A stretch of 64,000 nucleotides of DNA, taken from the NCBI GenBank assembly GCA_963787255.1, contig CAWBCJ010000018.1, forward strand, positions 1 through 64,000, given 5' to 3'. Under the pieces are notes generated by a model, which made no database searches, was not told the DNA's origin, and saw only the letters and a program-made list of their open reading frames with translations. This DNA comes from Methanobacteriota archaeon (GTDB lineage Archaea; Methanobacteriota; Methanobacteria; Methanobacteriales; Methanobacteriaceae). The position numbers and the translations under genes were made by a program. Positions 19,885 to 29,736 of the stretch are shown piece after piece (the stretch's first letter is position 1; every line of letters begins with the position of its first letter).

Positions 19885-20255
19885 TCCATATTGAATATTA
19901 AATAGAATTTAGGTCTTTGAAACAAAAATTTCAATTATATTGTCTAGATTAATTCAGTTTTTTATTAAAAAAAGAATTAATATAATCGAGCTAAAATAGA
20001 TAAAAAATGCTATGATAGTTATAAAGAGTTATAATGAACGATTAGTTTTAATCAAATATAAACTTTGCCAATTTTTATAAAATGTACAATATTATTTTTT
20101 GATTGACATGATTTAATTTAAGCTTAACAATTATTAATAAACAATTTGTAGGTAGTTTTGAACTTGGTTATGGTTGTTAGAAAATTATAAATAAGGAAAA
20201 AAGATTTCTATTTAAAATTAAAAAAATAGGTTTATATATGTATTTTAAAATATTA

Positions 20256-20528
20256 CTATTTATTAAGCTGTATCTCAATGGCTGAAACGTTACTGCTTGA
20301 TCCTTCCATGTTTGATACTTCTTCTGTACTGATATCGATGGTTCCAAGTTCTGCTTCAGTTATAAATCTATTTCTGACTATTTCAGCAACGTCGACTGCT
20401 CTACTAATAGCCCTTCCACGTGCCTTTAAAATAACTTCAGATGTTCCGCCGTTCATTTGTGTTACAACAGCTAATACATAGTTCATTACGGGTTTATTTC
20501 CAATGTATACGATATTATCTTCTGACAT
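20256..20528 (-). CDS. albA: chromatin protein Alba
   Basis: [33 protein letters not shown]; GGAGG RBS before ATG 20528. Confidence 0.97.
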   Translation of the reverse strand: MSEDNIVYIGNKPVMNYVLAVVTQMNGGTSEVILKARGRAISRAVDVAEIVRNRFITEAELGTIDISTEEVSNMEGSSSNVSAIEIQLNK

Positions 20529-20782
20529 CACTTTTACCTCCAAGAGATACATAATTAATATTAATTTTGAATAGGATATTATATACATTTTTGCATTTAA
20601 GATTCTGAATGATTAAATTAGTAACAAATAAAATAAATTTAAATGTTAAAATACTCAATTATTATTATTTTAGAGTATAAAAGCAAATGTTGATTTAATT
20701 TTCACAAAAAATATGAGAAATCATTAGATTATACTTATTGAATAATGAAATAAACAAATAAAAAATTTTATGGGGTATTAAA

Positions 20783-21355
20783 ATGGATACAAGGAGAATA
20801 TTAAAATTTGCAGGTTTAGGAGTAATCTTAGTCGTGATCATTGCCATCGTATCAATGGGCTTTATATTCTATGATGTAATGAGCTACACGGCTACAGGCT
20901 CTGAAAAGCTAAATCCCGCGGGAAAAGAAGTGGGGAAAGCGTTAGTAGTTTATGATCCTGGAATTTCAGGGAGTGCAAAGGATGTATCTGCAGTAATTGC
21001 TAAAGATCTGCAAGCAAAAGGATACGTAGTAGATTTAGCAGGTATCAGCAGCACAACAGCGAAAAATCCTTCAGGATATAATATAATCGTTGTTGGGGGG
21101 CCAATATACGCTGGAAAAGCTAGTAGTTCCGTTCAATCTTACCTAGGCGCATTGAAAATTGATAATAATGCTAAAATTGGTGTTTTTGCTACTGGTCAGG
21201 ATGCAGATGTAATCAATAATCAAACTTTGCTCATAAAAGAAGTTGCACCACTTCCTGAAGGCAGTAATATCAAAATAACTGCTGTGATGAAAGTGGTTAA
21301 TGATAACGGCATTGATCAAAAATCTGCTGAGTTTGTAAATGCTCTATTGAAATAG
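20783..21355 (+). CDS. membrane-anchored flavodoxin-domain protein
   Basis: N-terminal TM; [27 protein letters not shown]. Confidence 0.8.
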   Translation: MDTRRILKFAGLGVILVVIIAIVSMGFIFYDVMSYTATGSEKLNPAGKEVGKALVVYDPGISGSAKDVSAVIAKDLQAKGYVVDLAGISSTTAKNPSGYNIIVVGGPIYAGKASSSVQSYLGALKIDNNAKIGVFATGQDADVINNQTLLIKEVAPLPEGSNIKITAVMKVVNDNGIDQKSAEFVNALLK

Positions 21356-21368
21356 ATTTAGAGGTAAC

Positions 21369-22124
21369 ATGAAAATTAAAGTTCAACAAAACCCCAAAAT
21401 AAGCGAATTATTTGATTTAATAAATGAAGCATTAACTAAAAGGGCATTTTTAGTAATTATTGCCTGTTGTAGGATAAAATATAGGGGTAGAGCCACCAGC
21501 AGACTGGGATCAGGGGATAGAACAATAATTATCAAATCCGACGGCTCATTTATAATTCATCAAGATTATAATTTAGAACCTGTTAACTGGCAGCCTCCAA
21601 ACTGCAGTTTCAAGGCAGATATAAATGATGATTTCGTTTCTATTACGGGAATTAGGAGAAACCCGCCAGAATCACTGGAAGTTGAAATTCACAAGGCTTA
21701 TATAGCATCTTATCATATTGGTGATGACATAAAAAAACTTGAACTGGCAGGATACGAAGAAGATATGGGAGACATGATATTTAAAAATCCTGAAATCATT
21801 GAAAAGGGATTTAGACCTACTTCAAGGGAATATTCTGTTTCTGGAGGGTTTATTGACATATTAGGTAAGGATAAAAATGGTAGTTTAATGGTTTTGGAAC
21901 TTAAAAGCAGACGAGCTGGCGTTAACGCTGTTAAACAACTGAAGAGGTACCTTGACGATTTTGCTGATCATAAGGATTTTGTCAGAGGTCTTCTTGTTGC
22001 ACCATCTATTACTGAAGATGCTCAAATGCTCCTTGAAGAATATCAACTTGAATTTAAGGCTTTGGAGCCTCCAAAAGAACTTAAAAAGGGTAGCGCAGTT
22101 ACGCTGGACTTTTTTAATGATTAA
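21369..22124 (+). CDS. nucS: mismatch-specific endonuclease NucS/EndoMS
   Basis: Y.GRA.S.L..GDR, PVNWQPP, REY...G.ID, VLELK, QLKRY. Confidence 0.95.
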   Translation: MKIKVQQNPKISELFDLINEALTKRAFLVIIACCRIKYRGRATSRLGSGDRTIIIKSDGSFIIHQDYNLEPVNWQPPNCSFKADINDDFVSITGIRRNPPESLEVEIHKAYIASYHIGDDIKKLELAGYEEDMGDMIFKNPEIIEKGFRPTSREYSVSGGFIDILGKDKNGSLMVLELKSRRAGVNAVKQLKRYLDDFADHKDFVRGLLVAPSITEDAQMLLEEYQLEFKALEPPKELKKGSAVTLDFFND

Positions 22125-22140
22125 TTTTTTAAAACAGAAA

Positions 22141-22560
22141 TTAGTTTAAAATTATTCCTTTTCCATTACATGCAGTACATTTAAGCCAGCCTGTTCCATC
22201 GCAAACGCTGCATATTACTGTTTCCACTATTTTGCCATTTTGACAATCTTTGCAGTTTGTTATATTATGATTTTTGTAGATTTTACTTGAACCTCCGCAT
22301 GTTTTACAGTCCATGGATTTCACTTTTTTTCCATATCCTTGGCATGCAGTGCATTCAAATGCTCCTTTTCCATTGCAAACACTGCACTTTGTTTTAACTA
22401 TTTCTTTTGAAACGTCACTTGAATTAATAGCTTTGGATTGTGAAACGCCGTCAATTATGTTGGTTTCTGTATTAAATTGATTTACAGAGCCTAGGGATAA
22501 ATAAATTAAGGTTATGGCTGATATAATTACTAATAAAAATAGATATGCTTTTATTTCCAT
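22141..22560 (-). CDS. membrane-anchored DnaJ-type zinc-finger protein without a J-domain
   Basis: Six CxxC motifs, four of them full CxxCxGxG; N-terminal hydrophobic helix. Confidence 0.8.
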   Translation of the reverse strand: MEIKAYLFLLVIISAITLIYLSLGSVNQFNTETNIIDGVSQSKAINSSDVSKEIVKTKCSVCNGKGAFECTACQGYGKKVKSMDCKTCGGSSKIYKNHNITNCKDCQNGKIVETVICSVCDGTGWLKCTACNGKGIILN

Positions 22561-22845
22561 TTTTATCGCTTCTAATATTTTTAGTTCAATAAATCAGTTA
22601 AGTGCAAGTAAAATGATCCTCTTTGTTTTAAATTTCCTTTTTATTTATTACTAATATTAAGTATTTTATTAAAATTATACTTTTTTGAAAATTAAATATT
22701 ATATAGAAAAGGAATTTTAATGCAAAAAAAATTTTTTATATCCCCTTAAATATTCTTAAAAGAGTTATAATTTAACTATTTCTGTTTAAAAGATGAATTA
22801 GAACCCTCAATAATTAAATAGCGTAATATTTACTAAATTTAATAT

Positions 22846-23058
22846 TTATTTGCTGTTTATTGATGCTATTTTACTGGTTACCACTATTTTGGCCCTTAAA
22901 AGGATATTATCAACATTGTGGTTATTTTTAATTTCTGATTCTATTTTTTGAAGCAGTGCTTCTAGATCACTAGGTTTACATCTGTATGCTTCTTTTAAAA
23001 GTTTATTTAGCTTATCCTGAGTTTTAGGTGAGCTCATTTTCTTTTTCCATCTCCCCAT
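22846..23058 (-). CDS. small 'CKP' family protein, copy 3 of 3
   Basis: AYRCKPSDLEALLQKIESEIK...DNILLRAKIVVTSKIAS. Confidence 0.8.
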   Translation of the reverse strand: MGRWKKKMSSPKTQDKLNKLLKEAYRCKPSDLEALLQKIESEIKNNHNVDNILLRAKIVVTSKIASINSK

Positions 23059-23248
23059 TTTTTGAGTAATATATTATTGTTTTAATAAATATTTAATTTT
23101 TTGTATTACTATTTAAAATCGTACATTGAAAGTTCCAGATAAAGATTAACAAAATATCATTTTATTTTTTAGAATTTTTTTTAATGATATCTATTGCAAC
23201 AAAAATATAGATTCATAATGAAAAATAGTTCTTAAAATCTGTTTAAAC

Positions 23249-23500
23249 TTATAATAAACTAAAATAAAAACTTAAAAAATATATATGTCCATTAGCCATT
23301 TTAAGCAGGCTTGAAATAAATACAATGAGCAGGGCTTCCCGGTCCTTTGGGTGTTTGCAGGTTATGTTAATTCGATTTGTATCTTCCAAAATTGTTTTAC
23401 ATTGAAATCTGCATTTAATACATCTTTCATTAGATGAAATAATTTCATAATCCACCTTCTCATCTATTTTGACACTTTTCATGTTATTTAAGTTATTCAT
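23249..23500 (-). CDS. hypothetical protein (Cys-containing)
   Basis: ORF only; the 3' end runs into low-complexity sequence. Confidence 0.4.
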   Translation of the reverse strand: MNNLNNMKSVKIDEKVDYEIISSNERCIKCRFQCKTILEDTNRINITCKHPKDREALLIVFISSLLKMANGHIYFLSFYFSLL

Positions 23501-23555
23501 TAAAAATTCAACCGTTTAATATCATAGAAAAAAAAATTTCTAAATCAAAGAATGA

Positions 23556-23909
23556 TTAGGTATATTCAACTAGATCATCTTCAAATAAATTCTCAAAATT
23601 TTTGATTTTATAGTAGTACTCGTTAAAATCCATTACATGTCTGTTTACAAACCTTTCTAATTCTTTTTTATCTTCAGGAACTTTCCTGCTTGGAAATGTT
23701 ATAATCATTTCAATAATGGCAGTTTTTTTATATCTAACCTGAAATTCAGTCTTGCAATCGTATTCTAAATATATTTCATATTCATTTAGTTTTCCAGCAA
23801 TGCATTCAATGGATTCTTCGCTTAATTCGTCATCAATAAAATTAAATTTAATGGAAGTGGATGTTGAATTTTTATTACTTTCAATTTTAAAATCTTTGAA
23901 CTCTAACAT
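23556..23909 (-). CDS. hypothetical protein (distant paralog of 24962-25306)
   Basis: MxEFK, N[FY]xD[DE]EL, KL..Y, II...I..P..K.P, H...F..YYY shared. Confidence 0.7.
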   Translation of the reverse strand: MLEFKDFKIESNKNSTSTSIKFNFIDDELSEESIECIAGKLNEYEIYLEYDCKTEFQVRYKKTAIIEMIITFPSRKVPEDKKELERFVNRHVMDFNEYYYKIKNFENLFEDDLVEYT

Positions 23910-24561
23910 TCTTTCAACCCTTTATTCTATTTTATAAATTGATTATATGTATTAATTACACTAACTTTCCGTATAATCGAATTAAATGCTCTATTTAGAT
24001 AAAATGCAAAATTTAGAACTCTAATTCAATAAAACTTTAAATATGATTAAATTTTAATACTTAAAAATTTTACTCTAAATTAATTTTGATTACTTTTCAA
24101 ACACTCTCTTTAACTAAAGTTATCTAATTTAAAGCCCTCTTATTATATTGCAAGTGATAAAATTGGATTTGATAGAAGCAAGAATAAGGAAATGCATCAA
24201 GACGTGTCCATAATTATAGATAAAAAAAAATTAGACAACGTAGAATAAAATACGAGAAATACACAATCCCTCTGGGCAAAAACAATCCCTTAGATGAATT
24301 TGTGAAAAATTGTTCATAAAGAGGACTTATGAAAAATAGGGATCTATTCTTGAAAACACGGGAAGATGGAAGGAGTTAATGGACCAGGTTACTGAACTGC
24401 AAGTTCGATTTGAAATGCAAGAGAAATATGTTGAAAAGTTGGAATCTGGGCAGATTAAAGGGTTTTTGATATGGATCATTAATTTGATTTTGATCCATTT
24501 TTTGTGTTTAAAAAATATAAAAAAAAGGAAATTATATCATTTAAAAAAACATAGTACAATT

Positions 24562-24783
24562 ATGAATTCAAAAAGTGATGTAGAAGAAAATATAGAGCTT
24601 CTGCGTAAAAAATTCAAAAGTATTGTAGATATAACAGTTAGCTACGATAGATATGACATTATTTTGTACAGCTATGATGAAATTGAGGAAATAACAAAAT
24701 TCATCGAAGAAAAAACTAGTGTTAAATCTTGGACGGCCTTAAAAACTAAAGTAAATCCAGAAACTAAAATAGAATGGGTTTAA
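24562..24783 (+). CDS. hypothetical protein (likely start at MNSKSD rather than 24379)
   Basis: The upstream part of the track ORF crosses A/T tracts; the 3' part is followed by a degenerate duplicate. Confidence 0.55.
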   Translation: MNSKSDVEENIELLRKKFKSIVDITVSYDRYDIILYSYDEIEEITKFIEEKTSVKSWTALKTKVNPETKIEWV

Positions 24784-24788
24784 GGGTA

Positions 24789-24907
24789 TCTACGATAGAT
24801 AGTTGTATAGCTATAATGAAATTGAGTAAATAATTCCGTTTAGAAGGATACTATTGGCTCATGGAGAACTTTAACTAAAGTAAATCATCAGTCAAAAATA
24901 GAATAAG
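24789..24907 (+). pseudogene. degenerate tandem duplicate of the 3' half of 24562-24783
   Basis: CTACGATAGATA, TTGTA[CT]AGCTAT[GA]ATGAAATTGAG, ACTAAAGTAAATC and AAAATAGAAT recur in the same order, with stops. Confidence 0.75.
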
Positions 24908-24961
24908 TGTAAATATTATTTATTTAGGGATTAAAAAAAGAAAAAAAAGTTCTGCAGTAAA

Positions 24962-25306
24962 CTAGGGTTTTCTGGAGATGGAGTAAGGCTTATTTGTGTA
25001 ATAGTAATTCATAAAACTAATTGCATGGCCTCTAAATAAATTATTTATTTTTTCAATCTCATCTGGCCACTTTGCTTTGGGATAGTGTATTAAAACTTTT
25101 ATAATGGTTGTCCTGCCTATTTTTTCAGTATAAATTTCTGATTTACTGCCATCATTTTTATAAGAAGCATATTTTTTAAGTTTATATTTAAATTCGTCTG
25201 TTAATTCTTGTAATTCCTCGTCAGTGTAGTTTAATAAAAAGCTTACTGCTGCTGGTTTGATTTTTTCAATCATTTGAATACGTTTAAATTCAATCATAGG
25301 AATCAC
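24962..25306 (-). CDS. hypothetical protein (distant paralog of 23556-23909)
   Basis: See 23556; GGTGA RBS before ATG 25297. Confidence 0.7.
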   Translation of the reverse strand: MIPMIEFKRIQMIEKIKPAAVSFLLNYTDEELQELTDEFKYKLKKYASYKNDGSKSEIYTEKIGRTTIIKVLIHYPKAKWPDEIEKINNLFRGHAISFMNYYYTNKPYSISRKP

Positions 25307-25493
25307 CTTTACTTTATTTTGTAAATAGATACAAATAAATTTTTTGGAAAAAACGATTTTATGAGAATTTTTCTATCAGAATGTTTTTAAATCTTCGAAA
25401 TTTATAGAAATTGATTTTATTTTAAAAAGGGAATATGAAATGAAAATTAAAACCATAAAAAGAAATAAAAATATTATATAAATTATTTTTTAT

Positions 25494-25856
25494 TTAAATG
25501 TCTTTTTTAATTCTTTCTAGAATTGTTAGAGGTCCTCTACCGTTAATACCAATAGATTCCAAATCTTTAATAGTATTTTTCAAAGTATCGTCAGAATTTA
25601 GTTCTATTTTAATATTTTCTATGTTTCTATCAGTTTTTGAATCTTCGATATATTTTTTGAAATCATTTAATTCCTGCTCATTGAATTCTCTTTGTCTGGA
25701 TTTTTTAAAATCGTCTAAATTAACATCTTTTAAATCTTGATTTTCTAGTTCTTTAAATCCCTTTAGTTTAATTTTGTCCAGCTCTTTTAAGGGATTTTTT
25801 TCCTTTTCTTTAGACTGCTTATCTTTCATGTTATCACAGCTAAGGGTATGTATCAT
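25494..25856 (-). CDS. charged hypothetical protein
   Basis: K/E/D-rich ORF; likely start at MKDKQ. Confidence 0.55.
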   Translation of the reverse strand: MIHTLSCDNMKDKQSKEKEKNPLKELDKIKLKGFKELENQDLKDVNLDDFKKSRQREFNEQELNDFKKYIEDSKTDRNIENIKIELNSDDTLKNTIKDLESIGINGRGPLTILERIKKDI

Positions 25857-26024
25857 ACTTTTTATTAAATATTGTGTTAGCGCTCGTTTAATTCAATTAA
25901 ATTTATTAGCTATCGCTTTTATTGTTCCATTAAAAAGTTTTTGTAAAGTGAGTAGCTATTATTGGTTTTAGCTGCTCAAAACTTTTTTTAGGGGGTAGTA
26001 TGGTATTATTATTTAGCTTCGTCT

Positions 26025-26183
26025 TTATTTAGTTTTTCCTTTTTCTTCTGCGACTTTACCTTTTGCTTTTCCTTTTTCTTCTGCAGCTTTGCCCTTGGCT
26101 TTTCCAGTCTCTTCTGCTATTTTTCCCTTTATTTTCCCTTCTAATTCTTTGGATTTTCCCTTAATGTCTTTTGTATCAACCAT
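26025..26183 (-). CDS. 52-aa CsbD/LEA-like 11-mer repeat protein, missed by the ORF track
   Basis: MVDTKDIKGKSKELEGKIKGKIAEETGKAKGKAAEEKGKAKGKVAEEKGKTK; GGTGA RBS. Confidence 0.75.
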   Translation of the reverse strand: MVDTKDIKGKSKELEGKIKGKIAEETGKAKGKAAEEKGKAKGKVAEEKGKTK

Positions 26184-26360
26184 TTAATCACCGATATTAT
26201 TTTGAACTTAATCATACATATATTTTGTTTTTTATTAACATATTTCTGGTTTCACCTGAAATAATATTAAATAATTTTCATCTTATTTTCAGCAAGATAT
26301 AAATACGAAAATTGAGTTAGTAGCATTAAAGAAAAATTCTTAAATCAAAAAGGTGTTCTA

Positions 26361-27515
26361 ATGGCTTTTCACGTAATGATAATTCCTACTCTTGGATGTC
26401 CTTCCCAGTGTAATTACTGCTGGAGTTCAGAGGAAGGATCTCCTGTAATGAGCATTGAAATAGTTCATGAAATAGTTAACTGGCTTAAAAATTTCAGAGA
26501 AGAACCAGTTACATTTACATTCCACGGGGGCGAACCACTATTAGCTGGATACGATTTCTATAAAGAGGCTTTACCCCTATTAAGCGAAGGTTTAAGCCAT
26601 CTCAAACCGGCATTTGCACTTCAAACTAACCTTTGGAACATTACCCCTGAGATGGCTGAATTGTTCCATGAATATAACATCCCTATAGGTTCAAGTATAG
26701 ACGGTCCTGAAGAGTTAAATGACCTTCAAAGAGGAGAAGGATACTATAAAAGAACCATGAAGGGCTACGAGGTTGCAAAGGCACATGATTTAAATGTAAG
26801 ATTCATATCAACATTTACATCATATTCAATTGATTATAAAGAGGATATTTTCAATTTCTTCCTTGAAAATGGGTTAACGCTTAAGTTGCATCCTGCTTTA
26901 CCTTCACTACGAAGCGAAGATCCAAATAAATGGGCTCTTGACCCCGAAAAATATGGGGAACTATTAATTTATCTTCTAGATAAATATCTGGAGAACATGG
27001 GTGAAATTGAGATTATGAACATTGACCATCTTTGTAAATGTGTTTTAACCCGTAGGGGTACTGTTTGCACCTTTGTGGATTGTATGGGAGATACTTTTGC
27101 GGTAGGTCCTGATGGAAGCATATATCCATGCTACCGCTTTGTGGGAATGCCAGAATATGTCATGGGAAATGTTAAAGATCACCCTACAATGGAAGAACTT
27201 CAAAAATCTGAATCTGCAAAACTGCTTGAAGAATTCAAGGATTATGTAAACGAAAACTGCAAAAAATGCTCTTATGTAAGGTTTTGCAGGGGCGGTTGTC
27301 CTTACAATGCTTTAAAAATTAATGAAGAAACAGGTAAAGCAGAAATAAGTGGTGTAGACCCTCACTGTGAGGCATATAAAATAATATTTAAGGAAATAAC
27401 TGACAGAGTAAACAAGGAGTTTTTAGCATCTTCTGGAATGATGGTGTTCGGCGGCCAGAAATCTAAGCAAAAAAAGAAGCCAGGAATAATGTCAATAATG
27501 CTTAAAGATATTTAA
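26361..27515 (+). CDS. radical SAM/SPASM enzyme, resembling the methanogen putative peptide-modifying family TIGR04083
   Basis: CPSQCNYC (CxxxCxxC), FHGGEPL, QTN, SIDGP; SPASM YPC...CKKC.....CRGGC....C. Confidence 0.92.
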   Translation: MAFHVMIIPTLGCPSQCNYCWSSEEGSPVMSIEIVHEIVNWLKNFREEPVTFTFHGGEPLLAGYDFYKEALPLLSEGLSHLKPAFALQTNLWNITPEMAELFHEYNIPIGSSIDGPEELNDLQRGEGYYKRTMKGYEVAKAHDLNVRFISTFTSYSIDYKEDIFNFFLENGLTLKLHPALPSLRSEDPNKWALDPEKYGELLIYLLDKYLENMGEIEIMNIDHLCKCVLTRRGTVCTFVDCMGDTFAVGPDGSIYPCYRFVGMPEYVMGNVKDHPTMEELQKSESAKLLEEFKDYVNENCKKCSYVRFCRGGCPYNALKINEETGKAEISGVDPHCEAYKIIFKEITDRVNKEFLASSGMMVFGGQKSKQKKKPGIMSIMLKDI

Positions 27516-27560
27516 TTAGATTACAATTATATTTTAAAAGAATTAAGAAAAGAATAAGTT

Positions 27561-27737
27561 TTATCCGAAGACGTAACCACATTCAGTACAGCGGAATTTA
27601 GATCCTTTGGGTGCCTGGCATCCTGTATTTTTATATTCTATTCCAATAATTGGTCCTGAATGATCGTCTGATTTAAGGATGTGTTTATCTTTGCAGCCGC
27701 ATTTAGGGCATTGTGTACATAATTCTTCAGTTTTCAT
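27561..27737 (-). CDS. 58-aa Cys-rich peptide A (TIGR04165-like), missed by the ORF track
   Basis: MKTEELCTQCPKCGCKDKHILKSDDHSGPIIGIEYKNTGCQAPKGSKFRCTECGYVFG; AAGGAG RBS. Confidence 0.88.
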   Translation of the reverse strand: MKTEELCTQCPKCGCKDKHILKSDDHSGPIIGIEYKNTGCQAPKGSKFRCTECGYVFG

Positions 27738-27780
27738 TCTTTTTTTCTCCTTATTTATTTTTATAGTATAATAATTATAG

Positions 27781-27796
27781 TTCGGGCGCTCCCGAA
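27781..27796. promoter_or_regulatory. GC-rich inverted repeat TTCGGG-CGCT-CCCGAA at the predicted transcription start of peptide A
   Basis: 6-bp perfect arms in very AT-rich DNA, ~22 nt downstream of a minus-strand TTATATATA box at ~27818-27828. Confidence 0.55.
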
Positions 27797-28372
27797 TGTA
27801 TTTTTATATCCAAACTATTATATATAATTTTTTATCGTAGCATATTTGAATGATAATAAATTATTATATTTATTAATTCTTTAAGAGTTACTCTTTTAAA
27901 AATTAAGTCTATTGAAATTTAATATAAAAATACAACATATTTTTACATATTAGGCAATTATAAACGTTCAGATTTTCTTTTAGGATTAAATTAAAGCGAT
28001 AAATATATATGATTAATTTAAAAAAATAACCCAACGAACTTATTAAAATTAAAGAAAAAAAAATTCCAATGTACTGCTCTATAACCCCATGTCCATTTTT
28101 AAAGTTTTTATTCAAAAGAAGAAAATTAGTACGAAAAGATCATCGATATTACTAGCTATAAATGCAATTACAGCTCCTAAAATATAAATTGTATCTATCA
28201 TTTCTAATAATCCAATTGATTAGTTTCTTAATTAGGGGTAAATTTATTAGTTTTAATATACGATGATAATATTCGAGTTAGGAGATATAAATTTAAATAT
28301 GAATTAATAAATATTATTAAACAAATATTAAATAATAAAAGTTATAAATAAGTTCAAAATGGAGAATAAAAG

Positions 28373-28549
28373 ATGAAAATAGGCAAATTGAATGAAAAAT
28401 GCCCTAAATGCGGATGTGAAGACAAAACAATTAAAAGAGACATAGAACCAGAACACCAAGCCCGGGCAACTACAGGAGCAGTTATTTGTAGCAAGTGCGG
28501 TTACTTATTTAAATCAGCCAAGGACGAAAAATGCGAGGAAGAAGAATAA
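28373..28549 (+). CDS. 58-aa Cys-rich peptide B (TIGR04165-like), missed by the ORF track
   Basis: MKIGKLNEKCPKCGCEDKTIKRDIEPEHQARATTGAVICSKCGYLFKSAKDEKCEEEE; GGAG RBS. Confidence 0.9.
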   Translation: MKIGKLNEKCPKCGCEDKTIKRDIEPEHQARATTGAVICSKCGYLFKSAKDEKCEEEE

Positions 28550-28902
28550 ATCCTTTAAATTTATTTTTTTCATTAAAGTTCAAAAACATTAATATTGCGG
28601 ATTACAGCTTTAATTTTCGTTAAGCGTTTTAAAACATTAATATTTTATTTCAAACACTTTATAAATCAGTATAACACAACTTTAAATATAGTGGTTTACC
28701 TTCAATCGGGATATCTATACATTGACCCCCCATTTATACACAGTTAATTATTTAACATATATCTCAAGGAATTTTAATACTTATAATTGAAAGTACATTA
28801 ATTTTACACTTGAAATGCATGTCTGGATTATCTATAAATAAAAAAATCAATAAGAAATTTTTTTTAATATCATGAATTATTCTAAAAAAAAACAGATATA
28901 TC

Positions 28903-29361
28903 TTATAGCTGCGGCACTTTTTTAATCTCCAAACTGTTTTTAGTGACATTAAATGCCGATTCATACGCACCATTAAAGTCCATGATTAATTCCAGATTTT
29001 TAGAGGTATTATTATTTAAGAAAACATAGGCAAAGAGTTGCGTTTCATCATTCCCTGTAATTGCTTCTTTTCCTGCAATTGTAGTATTTTGAGCATCTGG
29101 ATAGATATCAAGTATCTTATTTTTATCGTTCACCTGGAAGTTAATGTTTCCAGCTAAATTAGAAGCCTCATACAATGAAACGCTGCAAGAAGTATTATTA
29201 GAAGAATCCTGAACCTTTAAATTGGAAGGATATTGAAATTTAATCCATTGATTTTCAAAAACAGCGCTGCTGACATTTTTATTTGAACCATCTGAAATTA
29301 AGCATCCAGAAATTGAAACCAGTAATAAAAGAACTGCTATTACAGCAAAATATTTTTTCAA
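28903..29361 (-). CDS. secreted lipoprotein-like protein, PsbP-like fold
   Basis: MKK + hydrophobic stretch + ISGC lipobox; FQYPSN motif. Confidence 0.7.
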   Translation of the reverse strand: MKKYFAVIAVLLLLVSISGCLISDGSNKNVSSAVFENQWIKFQYPSNLKVQDSSNNTSCSVSLYEASNLAGNINFQVNDKNKILDIYPDAQNTTIAGKEAITGNDETQLFAYVFLNNNTSKNLELIMDFNGAYESAFNVTKNSLEIKKVPQL

Positions 29362-29558
29362 TTGAATACCTCATTAAAGTATTAAATTATATATAGATAT
29401 TTATAAATTAAAGTTTTTATCATTTATTAAATTTCAAATAAATATCTGCGAATCTGTAAAAAAAAGTTATATTAGGATAGGTGAAGATTAATAAGGTAGT
29501 TATAATAAACTGATAAAAGTTAAATCATATTTAAAAAAAATCATAAAACAGGGATAAA

Positions 29559-29726
29559 ATGATAGTTAAGGAATGGTGTATGTATTGTGGTGAATGCGCA
29601 GGTGTTTGCCCGAGATGCCTCATTGAAGTAGGCGAAACAAGTATAAAATTTGATGAAAGCTCATGTAAAGATTGTAAAATATGCGTACAAGTATGTCCAG
29701 TACGTGCTTTAGTAAAAGAGGAATGA
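29559..29726 (+). CDS. 55-aa 2x[4Fe-4S] ferredoxin, missed by the ORF track
   Basis: MIVKEWCMYCGECAGVCP...CKDCKICVQVCPVRALVKEE; directly upstream of GGR. Confidence 0.93.
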   Translation: MIVKEWCMYCGECAGVCPRCLIEVGETSIKFDESSCKDCKICVQVCPVRALVKEE

Positions 29727-29736
29727 GTGAGGCAAG

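Noticed and set aside
20075-20098. Partial match ATTGTACATTTTA (minus) to the island motif; also AATCGTACATTGAA at ~23117
   Set aside because: They lack the TTAA arms and the conserved tail, and are plausible by chance at this AT content.
24379-24561. N-terminal half of the 134-aa track ORF
   Set aside because: Runs through poly-A/T promoter-like DNA; probably a chance extension or a decayed upstream gene.
27909-28115. 68-aa ORF between the two Cys-rich peptide genes
   Set aside because: TTG start, I/F/N/K composition typical of translated AT-rich intergenic DNA.
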